Below, piece by piece: positions 11,101-18,915 of a stretch of DNA of 64,000 nt (position 1 is the stretch's first letter; each line of letters opens with the position of its first letter). The notes below the pieces were generated by a model that worked only from the letters and a program-made list of their open reading frames with translations, was not told the DNA's origin and made no database searches. Source of the stretch: an uncultured Akkermansia sp. (GTDB lineage: Bacteria; Verrucomicrobiota; Verrucomicrobiia; Verrucomicrobiales; Akkermansiaceae); contig CAJGCZ010000002.1 in assembly GCA_904501975.1 (NCBI GenBank), forward strand, positions 47,308 to 111,307. The letters run 5' to 3'. A program made the position numbers and the translations under genes.

Positions 11101-11810
11101 CTAATCATGACGGGCGGCAAGGCGCGCTCTTCCCGCAACTCATCGATGGCATATAAACAAGCCTTCGCGTTCAGTGTGTCGAAAATGGTCTCCAGCAACA
11201 AAATATCCACCCCGCCATCTGCCAAAGCTATAACTTGCTCACGATAAGCACGGCGCAGTTGGTCAAAATTAACGGCACGGAATCCGGGATCGCTCACATC
11301 CGGAGACAAAGAGGCCGTAACGGCCATGGGACCAATGGAACCCGCTACCAAACGGGGACGCCCATCGCGAGCCTCTGCTGCATCCGTGGCTTCACGGGCA
11401 ATACGGCATGCAGCTAAATTGAGCTCTCGAATCAACAATGACAGGTCTTCATCTGCCAACACGCCTTCGTAATAGGCTTGGTCATGCCGCGTGGGTGCTG
11501 AATGATGAAAAAACTCATGCTGGCCGATGCAGGTTGCAGAAAAGGTACAGGTACTGATGATATCCGACCCTGCGGCCAAATATTGGTCGCACATATCGCG
11601 AATGATATCCGGGCGCGTTAACACCAGAACATCATTATTGTTGCGTAAATCCTTGGGATAACGGGCTGTATCGGCAAAACAGCTACCACGGTAATCCGGT
11701 TCCTGCAAACAGTGGCGCTGAATCATGGTGCCCTGCGCACCGTCCAACATCAGGATACGCTGTTGCATTTGCTCGCGGAGGTAAGCCTGTCTTGTTTCTG
11801 CTGTGCTCAT
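8121..11810 (-). CDS. metH: Cobalamin-dependent methionine synthase
   Basis: [15 protein letters not shown], pterin-binding domain (GERCNVAGS), B12 motif GDVHDIGKN and C-terminal reactivation domain. Confidence 0.97.
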   Translation of the reverse strand: MSTAETRQAYLREQMQQRILMLDGAQGTMIQRHCLQEPDYRGSCFADTARYPKDLRNNNDVLVLTRPDIIRDMCDQYLAAGSDIISTCTFSATCIGQHEFFHHSAPTRHDQAYYEGVLADEDLSLLIRELNLAACRIAREATDAAEARDGRPRLVAGSIGPMAVTASLSPDVSDPGFRAVNFDQLRRAYREQVIALADGGVDILLLETIFDTLNAKACLYAIDELREERALPPVMISFTITDKAGRTLSGQTVEAFWHSVRHAKPLAIGINCALGADLMLPFAQELARVADCAISMYPNAGLPDPLSPGGYGHTAAYMADILKEYAAQGLLNFVGGCCGTTPEYIAAIREAVQGYAPRTIVAHESDGSLCLSGLEPYTHHRRDGIMFVGERCNVAGSPKFARLIREEKYEEALEIARTQVQKGARVLDFCFDDGMIDGPAAMTRFLNLVAAEPDIARVPCMIDSSKWEVIEAGLQCVQGKGIVNSISLKNGEEEFLHHARMIRRYGAAVVVMGFDEKGQACGLEDRIAIAHRAYELLTQKVGFPPEDIIFDPNVLTVGTGIAEHANHALHFFMATEEIHRSHPLCHISGGISNVSFSFRGNNPVREAMHSAFLHYASKGGLDLCIVNAALMTDYATIPAHRRKLVEDVLLNTCEDATECLIAYAQELAEAKAALKSAGAGAPAPAPKQVADWRAASVPERLAHALVHGITEFIEADTREALELCGSPLQVIEGPLMDGMKQVGELFGSGKMFLPQVVKSARVMKQSVAVLTPLLEAEQSGQKAAATVVIATVKGDVHDIGKNIVSVVLSCNGFRVVDLGVMVPKEDIIAAAKRENADLVALSGLITPSLDEMAAVAAAMEAEGMTLPLLVGGATTSPLHTALKLAPHYPSGVVVQTADASTIVPVASALVSATAEAFKTEHRAEQSRLCAEFTAKEVPLMSLAEARKAAPVYEVAQPQPLKTGVFTVGVPEGCACHHPQPDFPLSWEQLLAKADWSITLRTFGMHNARTEEKKREADKLRADAEALLNRALAEGRIHARSCFGIWPAARCGDDIAVQGGAVLYSLRQQKVCDKPRVALADLVQEKNGYVGAMQMAITGADEWSAELNASNDPYNALLISALANMLAEALAECTQDCVEQIWPVAESNMVRPACGYPSQPDHQEKRTVFSLLNATERTGTSLTETCMMQPSSAICALIFNHPSAQYFAVGPIGDDQRADYEARSGHRLPV

Positions 11811-11830
11811 ATATCTGTTTCCGGTTAAGT

Positions 11831-11861
11831 AAAAAGGCGGCTCCTGAACGGAAGCCGCCTA
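11831..11861 (-). terminator. Intrinsic terminator after nuoA, directly upstream of metH
   Basis: aggcggct...agccgcct hairpin followed by a T-run on the minus strand. Confidence 0.75.
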
Positions 11862-11896
11862 AAAAATTATATCACATCAAGGTGCGACTCCCGCCA

Positions 11897-12289
11897 TCAA
11901 TCGCGGGGCTTGGGGTTGCGGTGCCATACAATCACGCCCTTGCCCAGCGCATACAGGTAAGCTACCATCAGCACGGCAATGAATGCAGTCATAGCACCGA
12001 AAGCGGCACCGTTGTTCACCACAAAATCCTTGAAACCAAGGGCCCAGGGATACAGGAAAATCACCTCAAGGTCGAAGACCAAGAAAAGAATGGCAACCAT
12101 GTAGTACTTAATGGAGAAGAATGCCGGAGCACCATCACCTTCAGGCACGTTACCACATTCATACGGCACATCCTGAGCAGGACGAAGACGGGCACGACGG
12201 CCAAAAATCACACTGAGCACAATGATCATACCGGCAAAACCAAAACCGGCGACCAACTGAATCAAAGCTGAAAAATATTCCTGTAACAT
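11897..12289 (-). CDS. nuoA: NADH-quinone oxidoreductase subunit A (start revised to ATG 12289)
   Basis: PYECG, YYMVAILFLVFDLE and LYPWA motifs; 3 TM segments. Confidence 0.93.
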   Translation of the reverse strand: MLQEYFSALIQLVAGFGFAGMIIVLSVIFGRRARLRPAQDVPYECGNVPEGDGAPAFFSIKYYMVAILFLVFDLEVIFLYPWALGFKDFVVNNGAAFGAMTAFIAVLMVAYLYALGKGVIVWHRNPKPRD

Positions 12290-12304
12290 GGCGATAACGG
12301 GTTT

Positions 12305-12333
12305 CTTATACCACGAGCCCCACGCCTTGTCAA
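12305..12333 (-). promoter_or_regulatory. Sigma70 promoter TTGACA-17-TATAAG of nuoA
   Basis: Reverse-complement reading. Confidence 0.75.
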
Positions 12334-12388
12334 GCAGGAACAATGAAACTGCGCGATATTTCTTTACTCATTTACTATCGAAAAACAC

Positions 12389-13495
12389 TCAGGGCTTGTA
12401 CACGCGAGGCACACGTGAAGAAATGCTCGTGATAATGTTGCTGGGAATTGTTTTAGCGCGGTCGGTCAATTCGGCCCACGGCACGTTCGGGCCCATAATC
12501 TCGGCAACATCGCCGGATTGCACCCCTTCCATGTGAGAAACATCGACCATAATTTGATCCATCGTCACCCTACCCAGTACCGGACAATACTGCCCGTTAA
12601 GGAAAACACGTGCACCGGTGTTGGAAAGATAATGCAAATAGCCATCTCCAAAACCTATGCCGATAGTGGCAACCTTGGTGGGACCGTGCGTGATATAGGT
12701 ATGGTCGTAAGAAACACCGTGATTATCCGGCAGCTCGCGCAGAAGCGTTACTCGACTGTAGAGCGTGAGCGTATTACGCAGCTCCTTATTATACGGTGAA
12801 GGCATGGGAGAATAGCCATACAAAATACGCCCCAGGCGCACCATATTGGTGCTGGGAGCCTTATAATTGAAGACGGCGGCGCTGCTGCACAAGTGACGAT
12901 ACGGCAAATCCAGGCTTACCGTCAGTTCTCGCACGGCTTCCTCGTAAGCGCGTATCTGTTTATGCGTAAAGGAAATATCCTGCGACGCGGCAGAAAGGTG
13001 AGAATAAACACCCTCGATATTCAAGAACTCAAACTGGCGTAACTTATCGCCCAGTCCCGGCATATCGTGCGGCAAAAATCCGGCTCGCCCCATGCCGGTA
13101 TCTACATTGATATGCAAGTTTACCTTTTTACCATACAAGCGACCAAGCGAATTAAAATGAGAGGCTTCTTCCAAACCGGACAAGGCAGCTCGCCAACCGT
13201 TCTGCACAATCGCCTCACGCTCCGCCGGAAAACAAGGGCCTAAAATAAACGGACAGGTATGACAGCCGGCTTCCTGAACTCGCTGAGCCTCCGCAACGGT
13301 TGCTACACCAAAAAACTTAATATCAGCATCATCTAAGGCTTTTACAACCCCTTCAATTCCATGCCCATAAGCCTCAGCCTTCACAATAGCCATGCGACTG
13401 TGATTCGGCATCACCCGACGCACCACGTTCAAATTGTGCTTCATGGCATCGGTATCAACCTCTGCCCAAGCGCGGAAGGTACTCGTATCCTGCAT
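12389..13495 (-). CDS. alr: Alanine racemase
   Basis: [14 protein letters not shown] lysine, [12 protein letters not shown] and GRVTMDQ motifs. Confidence 0.95.
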   Translation of the reverse strand: MQDTSTFRAWAEVDTDAMKHNLNVVRRVMPNHSRMAIVKAEAYGHGIEGVVKALDDADIKFFGVATVAEAQRVQEAGCHTCPFILGPCFPAEREAIVQNGWRAALSGLEEASHFNSLGRLYGKKVNLHINVDTGMGRAGFLPHDMPGLGDKLRQFEFLNIEGVYSHLSAASQDISFTHKQIRAYEEAVRELTVSLDLPYRHLCSSAAVFNYKAPSTNMVRLGRILYGYSPMPSPYNKELRNTLTLYSRVTLLRELPDNHGVSYDHTYITHGPTKVATIGIGFGDGYLHYLSNTGARVFLNGQYCPVLGRVTMDQIMVDVSHMEGVQSGDVAEIMGPNVPWAELTDRAKTIPSNIITSISSRVPRVYKP

Positions 13496-13501
13496 GGCTG
13501 T

Positions 13502-13530
13502 ATTCTATATCTCTTTTCAGCGCAAGGCAA
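13502..13530 (-). promoter_or_regulatory. Promoter TTGCCT-17-TAGAAT, 6 nt before the alr ATG
   Basis: Reverse-complement reading. Confidence 0.7.
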
Positions 13531-13543
13531 GATTATTTGCCAT

Positions 13544-13581
13544 GGAACACCAAGATTTTGCCTCTTGGTGTTCCCTTTTTT
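13544..13581. terminator. Hairpin/terminator downstream of the Sel1 gene
   Basis: ggaacaccaaga...tcttggtgttcc. Confidence 0.65.
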
Positions 13582-13623
13582 AAGAAAAGCGCACCCCCCT
13601 GCCACCAGCAGAGCCGCGAAAAC

Positions 13624-15003
13624 TTATTTTTGAACAGCCTTTACCAACTCAGGCATACAAATCCAGCTCTTCGTGAGTACAATGGCATCGTAAATTTGCT
13701 GAGCATTGGGCGTTGCTGCTTTAGCCATATCCAAGTAATACTCGGCCGTACTCAAATCGGGCGGCGTCGTCTCGTTGCCTAATGCGGTAATGGCAGCCAT
13801 GATGGCATAAGCAGAAGCAGAACTTACGGCAGCATCTTCCGTCAGAAAATCAATAGCTTTTCGCAGGTTTTTCTGAACACCGGCTGTTCCGTTGAAATAA
13901 ACACTGGCCAAAGCATGATTAACCCACAAAGCCCCTTTATCGCGAGCCTGCAACAGCAAGGATATACCGCCCTCTGCATCTACTGGGCAACCGGCTCCCA
14001 GCACTTTACAATAGCCAACACCGGCTGTACCTTCTGCAATTCCGCAGCGATGTGCGTGCTCGAACAATCGATACACGAGCTCCACAGGAACGGAATCTAA
14101 CTGCCCCTGTGCATACATTAACGCCAGTTCAGCAGAGGCCTCGGGCATACCCTGCATGGCAGCCAGTTGCATATAGCGGCTCCCTAACGCAAAATCATGC
14201 TTAATGCCAAGCTGAATCGCCAAGGGATGCGTATTGGCGCGGCAAAGCAAAGCGCCGTAGTAGTGCATGGCTACCAAATTACCGCGCTCTGCAGCTAATT
14301 TCATGTGCGCCAAACGATGATGCTCATCCTCCCCCTTAACAAGAGTTTGGCTCAGGAGGAACGGAGCGGAAGCACTTCCATGAGCCTCCGCTTTGTGCAT
14401 CCACTCAATAGCCTTGGCTTCTACCGTCTGAATGGAAGCTAAGGCTTCTTCCAAGTGGTAATTATTCTTTTTCAATTCGGAGGCCACCTCAGGCAGAGTG
14501 ACATTACCGGCAGACAAACGCCCCGTTTGCATGAGGTAAAGAGTTCTTGCCTTGGGGTTACCCAACGCGCAAGCTGCGCGCAAATGCGTTTGAGACAAAG
14601 ACGGATTCGACTGAGCATGGAGACCGGCAGAAAGAATAAGCGCCGGAGCATACTTTTTCTCAGCAGCTGCTGCAACCAACTTCAACACATTTGCGTATTC
14701 GGGAGTACCGGATTGAACGTACAGCAACTGGTACATAGCACTCCACGTCTGGGCAGCAGCATTACCATTTTTAGCGGCCTTCTGCATGGCCTCAAAGTAG
14801 CCGGCGCATGAGCCATGCTTATCCAGATAGGCGCGAGCGGGCAAACAAAAATCTTCACTGCCTGTTTTCACCAATTTCTGCAACTCCTGCAACATGGCCG
14901 TCTCGGCCTCGCGGGCAGTCTTTGCAACGGCGGAAGACGCAGATGGTGCAGCAGAGAGGCACCCTGCTGCTAAAGCAATCGTGAGAATAGCATGACGAAT
15001 CAT
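13624..15003 (-). CDS. Secreted Sel1/TPR-repeat protein (start revised to ATG 15003)
   Basis: Signal peptide; repeated AA..G...A...L...Y..G motifs. Confidence 0.8.
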   Translation of the reverse strand: MIRHAILTIALAAGCLSAAPSASSAVAKTAREAETAMLQELQKLVKTGSEDFCLPARAYLDKHGSCAGYFEAMQKAAKNGNAAAQTWSAMYQLLYVQSGTPEYANVLKLVAAAAEKKYAPALILSAGLHAQSNPSLSQTHLRAACALGNPKARTLYLMQTGRLSAGNVTLPEVASELKKNNYHLEEALASIQTVEAKAIEWMHKAEAHGSASAPFLLSQTLVKGEDEHHRLAHMKLAAERGNLVAMHYYGALLCRANTHPLAIQLGIKHDFALGSRYMQLAAMQGMPEASAELALMYAQGQLDSVPVELVYRLFEHAHRCGIAEGTAGVGYCKVLGAGCPVDAEGGISLLLQARDKGALWVNHALASVYFNGTAGVQKNLRKAIDFLTEDAAVSSASAYAIMAAITALGNETTPPDLSTAEYYLDMAKAATPNAQQIYDAIVLTKSWICMPELVKAVQK

Positions 15004-15009
15004 GCCGCC

Positions 15010-15038
15010 ATTATATACAAGCCCGTTCGCACGAGCAA
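15010..15038 (-). promoter_or_regulatory. Promoter TTGCTC-17-TATAAT, 6 nt before ATG 15003
   Basis: Reverse-complement reading. Confidence 0.75.
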
Positions 15039-15059
15039 GCACTTTTTGCGTTACACCAT

Positions 15060-16223
15060 TTAACGCCCGATAACGGAGGCTGCCATTTCGCGAGCCAGTA
15101 GGTCATCTTCGAGAATGATATCCAGCTTTCCGCAATAGTCTCGCGGAGAGAGGCGGGAAAGTGTATTTTCCACCGTCTCCCAGATACCGGAGAAAGAAAG
15201 TCTGCCCTCAACAAAGGCTTGCACGGCCACCTCGTTAGCGGCATTGTACATGGCAGGCATCGTGCCACCAATGATACCCGACTGACGAGCAAGAGAAAGC
15301 GCAGGGAAATCATTCCAACGAGGAGCTTCAAAGTGCAGCGAAGCCAGCTCTGCCAAATTGAGACGCTTGAGAGAATTGGGCGTTCTCTCCGGCCAGGTGA
15401 CAGCGTATTGAATGGGGAAGCACATATCGCTGCTACTCAATTGAGCCAAAATAGAACCATCACGGAACTCAACCAAAGAGTGAACAATACTCTGCGGATG
15501 CACAATCACATCCACCTGCTCCATGGGAATACCGAAAAGCCAACGAGCTTCTATCATCTCAAGCCCCTTGTTGAACAAGGTGGCTGAGTCAATGGTAATT
15601 TTTCGGCCCATATTCCACGTGGGATGTTTAAGCGCTTGCTCCAGAGTAACAAAAGGCAACTGCGCCTTAGGCGTATTACGGAACGGGCCACCGCTTGCTG
15701 TCAATATCAGGCGACTCACCTGCTCCGGCCCGCCGTGATTACCCTGCAAGCACTGGAAAATAGCGTTATGCTCACTATCCACCGGCAACACATTGACACC
15801 CTTGGCGGCAGCACGGCTCATCACCACCTCGCCGGCCATTACAAGGATTTCCTTGGAGGCAATAGCCAAGTCCTTACCGGCTTCTATGGCCTGCAACGTG
15901 GGTTTTAATCCTGCCGTGCCAATGATAGACACCAGCACCATATCCGCCTGCTCCAATGTTGCCAACTCGCACAAGCCTTCTAAGCCGCACAAAATACGGG
16001 TGTCTGCAGGCACCAACTCGCGCAGACGGCTAAGGCCCTTCTCATCGAACAAACAAACGTCTTTCACGCCAAACTCGTTTACCTGAGCAGCCAGCACCTC
16101 CACACTGCTATGTGCAGCTAAACCGACCACTTCCATACGTTCCGGAATATCGCGCGCTACCTTTAAGGCACTGGTACCGATACTACCGGTGGAACCGAGA
16201 ATTACTATACGTTTTTTGTCCAT
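15060..16223 (-). CDS. dxr: 1-deoxy-D-xylulose-5-phosphate reductoisomerase
   Basis: LGSTGSIG, LPVDSEH, LTASGGPF, HPTWNMG.KITIDSA and NAANE motifs. Confidence 0.97.
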   Translation of the reverse strand: MDKKRIVILGSTGSIGTSALKVARDIPERMEVVGLAAHSSVEVLAAQVNEFGVKDVCLFDEKGLSRLRELVPADTRILCGLEGLCELATLEQADMVLVSIIGTAGLKPTLQAIEAGKDLAIASKEILVMAGEVVMSRAAAKGVNVLPVDSEHNAIFQCLQGNHGGPEQVSRLILTASGGPFRNTPKAQLPFVTLEQALKHPTWNMGRKITIDSATLFNKGLEMIEARWLFGIPMEQVDVIVHPQSIVHSLVEFRDGSILAQLSSSDMCFPIQYAVTWPERTPNSLKRLNLAELASLHFEAPRWNDFPALSLARQSGIIGGTMPAMYNAANEVAVQAFVEGRLSFSGIWETVENTLSRLSPRDYCGKLDIILEDDLLAREMAASVIGR

Positions 16224-16232
16224 GCGCCCCCT

Positions 16233-16261
16233 ACTCTATCTTAAATCCGCTTGTTTGGCAA
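16233..16261 (-). promoter_or_regulatory. Promoter TTGCCA-17-TAGAGT, 9 nt before the dxr ATG
   Basis: Reverse-complement reading. Confidence 0.65.
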
Positions 16262-16337
16262 GCCTGAAACGCCCAAAGCTAAACGCAAAAATAGAAAGCA
16301 GCAAGAACTCACATGCTGCCTATGCAACAAAAAAGTC

Positions 16338-16366
16338 TTGCAATAACGGCCGGTTGAGTGTAGAGT
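16338..16366 (+). promoter_or_regulatory. Promoter of rnpB, TTGCAA-17-TAGAGT
   Basis: Places the TSS at the 5' end of the P1 helix. Confidence 0.75.
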
Positions 16367-16372
16367 TGTGCC

Positions 16373-16746
16373 GCCGTTCGGGTTCGGGTGGCCGCTGTGT
16401 ATTTAGGTACATAGAGGAAAGTCCGGACATCATAAGGCAGCGTGTCCTCTGAAAGGGGGAGACTCCCGGAGCCAATGCCGGGAGGCCGGAAAGTGCCACA
16501 GAAAATATACCGCCCATACGGGTAAGGGTGAAAAGGTGGGGTAAGAGCCCACCGCTCCGAAGGTAACAACGGAGGCACGGAAAACCCCGCGCGATGCAAG
16601 ACAAACAGGAGAAGGGTAGCCTGCCCGCTTTAATCTCCGGGTATTAGTTGCACTCTGCTATAAACGCAGAGCACGCCAACGCGTGAGAAAAATGGCCACA
16701 CAGCCCGCAAGGGTGGACAGAATCTGGCTTATAGAACCCGAACGGC
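16373..16746 (+). ncRNA. rnpB: RNase P RNA (bacterial type A)
   Basis: GAGGAAAGTCCGG, AGTGCCACAGAAAA, GGGTGAAAAGGTGGGGTAAGAGCCCACC and ACAGAATCTGGCTTA; P1 helix gccgttcgggttc/gaacccgaacggc. Confidence 0.97.
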
Positions 16747-16811
16747 ACCTCTTAGTAATAAAACAAAGCTTCTCTACCTCTTAAAAAATAGGAAGCATAC
16801 GCGGTTTGAGC

Positions 16812-16840
16812 TTGAAACACCTGTAGAAAGCTGGTAGTAT
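16812..16840 (+). promoter_or_regulatory. Promoter TTGAAA-17-TAGTAT, 8 nt before GTG 16849
   Basis: Direct reading. Confidence 0.65.
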
Positions 16841-16848
16841 CTGTGCCC

Positions 16849-18738
16849 GTGAAGGTAATTGTTGTAACAGGAGGCATTGCATCCGGCAAATCTACAGTTG
16901 TTGAAATGCTCACCGAAATTGGTGGTAAGGGCGTAGAACTTTTTGACTGTGATAAAGCCGTTGAAGAATTGCAGAAGAGCGGTAAACTCTCCCGCGACTT
17001 GGTAACGGCATTCGGTGCGGATGCCCTTACCCCCGAGGGCGAAGTAAATAAAGAGCTGCTTCGCGATATTGTTCGCAACAATCCGGAGGGCCGTCAAAAG
17101 CTCAATGAAATTGTGCATCCTAAAATTGCTCAAATGTGCATGGAGGCTCAAGCCGTAGCCCGCAGCAGCGAGTGCGTGCATACCTTTATTGTCGACATTC
17201 CTCTCTATTTTGAGAGTCCGGTAGAGTTTAAGGCCGACCGCGTATGTTTGGCTGCCGTAACCCCGGAAACGCAGATTAAGCGCATGATGGCACGCGATGG
17301 CTTTACCCGAGATGAGGCTGAAGCCATGATTGCGGCGCAAATGCCCACGCAAGAGAAAATTGAAAAGGCCGGCACGGTGTTCTGGAACGAAGGCAGTATC
17401 GAGATGCTGCGTGAGCAGGTTCAGTACTTCTTCACCTCTGAACTGGCTAAAGTTGCCGAAGAGGTACAAGCACGTTGCACCGTCATCGACATCAATGAGC
17501 TGCGTGCCATGCCGCTCAATGAGCTGCAAAAACTTGCTGCCGGTACCCTCAAACAAGGCACAGCCGGTATGACTCGCGCCTCCATTATCCACGAGCTTGG
17601 CAAAACGTACACCAAGCAGGGTAATCAGGTGTACGCCACCGGTGTTCTTGATTTTACGCGCGACAACATCATTTTGTTGCGCGACGAGCAGCGCAGTTTC
17701 CGCCACAGTACGGATGATATTCTCATCTTCCCCGAAGCGGTGCGTCGCTTTAATCTGCGCCCCGGCAACAAGGTGAAGGTAAAGCTTTCTCAAGACCAAA
17801 GCTCCAAGGCAAACCGCAACTTGAGAGCGTCTGAAATCGTTGAAATTGAGGGGATTCCGGCTAAAGATTTCCGTCAATTTAAGGATTTTGACCATCTGAC
17901 CCCGCTTTTCCCGCGCGAACGAATCATGCTGGAAAATGCAGATTTAAAGATTTCATCCATGCGTGTGCTGGATCTCATTACTCCCTTGGGTATGGGGCAG
18001 CGTGCTCTTATTGTAGCCCCGCCCCGTGGTGGCAAGACGGTGCTGCTCAAGAACATGGCTAAATCCATTCGAGCGAATCACCCGAATGCAGAGCTGCTGA
18101 TTTTGCTTTTGGATGAACGCCCTGAGGAAGTCACAGACTTTGAGGAAACGGTGGATGCTCCCGTCTACGCCTCTACCTTCGATGAACCCTCCCTGCGCCA
18201 TGCTCAGCTCAGCGACATTGTGTTAGAACGCGCTCGCCGCTTAGTGGAACAAGGTAAGGATGTTATCATCATGCTGGACTCCCTCACCCGACTTTCCCGC
18301 GGCTACAATGCCAATCAAGTAGGCGGTCGCATCATGTCCGGCGGCCTTGGCTCCAACGCTTTGGAAAAGCCCCGTAAGTTCTTTGGTGCCGCCCGCAATG
18401 TAGAAGAAGGTGGCAGCCTGACCATTATTGCAACATGCTTGGTTGACACCGAATCTCGCATGGATGAAATCATCTTTGAGGAGTTCAAGGGTACCGGCAA
18501 CATGGAAATCAGACTCGATCGCGAACTTTCTGAGCGCCGCATGTATCCGGCTATTTCCATCCCGCAAAGCGGCACCCGTAACGACGACCGCTTGTACCAT
18601 CCGGATGAATTTACCCGCATTCAGCAGTTGCGCCGCCAGCTCGCCACCTTGCCCGGATGGGAAGCGCTGGAAACCCTGCTCAAAAATATCAAGCGCACGC
18701 AGAACAACGCAGAGCTGCTTATCAGCGGTATTAAGTAA
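16849..18738 (+). CDS. rho: Fusion of dephospho-CoA kinase (CoaE, N-terminal ~195 aa) and transcription termination factor Rho
   Basis: CoaE: TGGIASGKST, D.D, LNEIVHP, DIPLYFE, R...RDG, AQMP. Rho: APPRGGKT, LDERPEEVTD, LDSLTR, PRKFFGAARN, EEFKGTGNME, SGTR. No stop codon between them. Confidence 0.93.
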   Translation: MKVIVVTGGIASGKSTVVEMLTEIGGKGVELFDCDKAVEELQKSGKLSRDLVTAFGADALTPEGEVNKELLRDIVRNNPEGRQKLNEIVHPKIAQMCMEAQAVARSSECVHTFIVDIPLYFESPVEFKADRVCLAAVTPETQIKRMMARDGFTRDEAEAMIAAQMPTQEKIEKAGTVFWNEGSIEMLREQVQYFFTSELAKVAEEVQARCTVIDINELRAMPLNELQKLAAGTLKQGTAGMTRASIIHELGKTYTKQGNQVYATGVLDFTRDNIILLRDEQRSFRHSTDDILIFPEAVRRFNLRPGNKVKVKLSQDQSSKANRNLRASEIVEIEGIPAKDFRQFKDFDHLTPLFPRERIMLENADLKISSMRVLDLITPLGMGQRALIVAPPRGGKTVLLKNMAKSIRANHPNAELLILLLDERPEEVTDFEETVDAPVYASTFDEPSLRHAQLSDIVLERARRLVEQGKDVIIMLDSLTRLSRGYNANQVGGRIMSGGLGSNALEKPRKFFGAARNVEEGGSLTIIATCLVDTESRMDEIIFEEFKGTGNMEIRLDRELSERRMYPAISIPQSGTRNDDRLYHPDEFTRIQQLRRQLATLPGWEALETLLKNIKRTQNNAELLISGIK

Positions 18739-18763
18739 TCCACACAAAATTAGAGTTTGCTCA

Positions 18764-18799
18764 AGCCACGTGTTTTGTAGAACACGTGGCTGTTTTTTT
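18764..18799 (+). terminator. Intrinsic terminator after coaE-rho
   Basis: agccacgtgtt...aacacgtggct followed by a T-run. Confidence 0.85.
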
Positions 18800-18842
18800 A
18801 GTTAAATTAGCATAAAAGAAGCAGAAAAAGGAACAAACAGAC

Positions 18843-18870
18843 TTGAAAAATTTATTCTTAGTGATAGAAT
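18843..18870 (+). promoter_or_regulatory. Promoter TTGAAA-16-TAGAAT (TG extension) of the acetate-CoA ligase gene
   Basis: Direct reading. Confidence 0.65.
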
Positions 18871-18915
18871 AGACTCAGAGCCGCGCAGGCAACAATTTCA
18901 CAACATTATTATACT

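Noticed and set aside
16189..16604. Short ORFs between dxr and coaE-rho
   Set aside because: They overlap the RNase P RNA and its promoter.
18771..18784. TGTTT-N4-GAACA resembling the verrucomicrobial LexA box (TGTTC-N4-GAACA)
   Set aside because: It is the loop-closing part of the coaE-rho terminator hairpin, and the downstream gene is not a repair gene.
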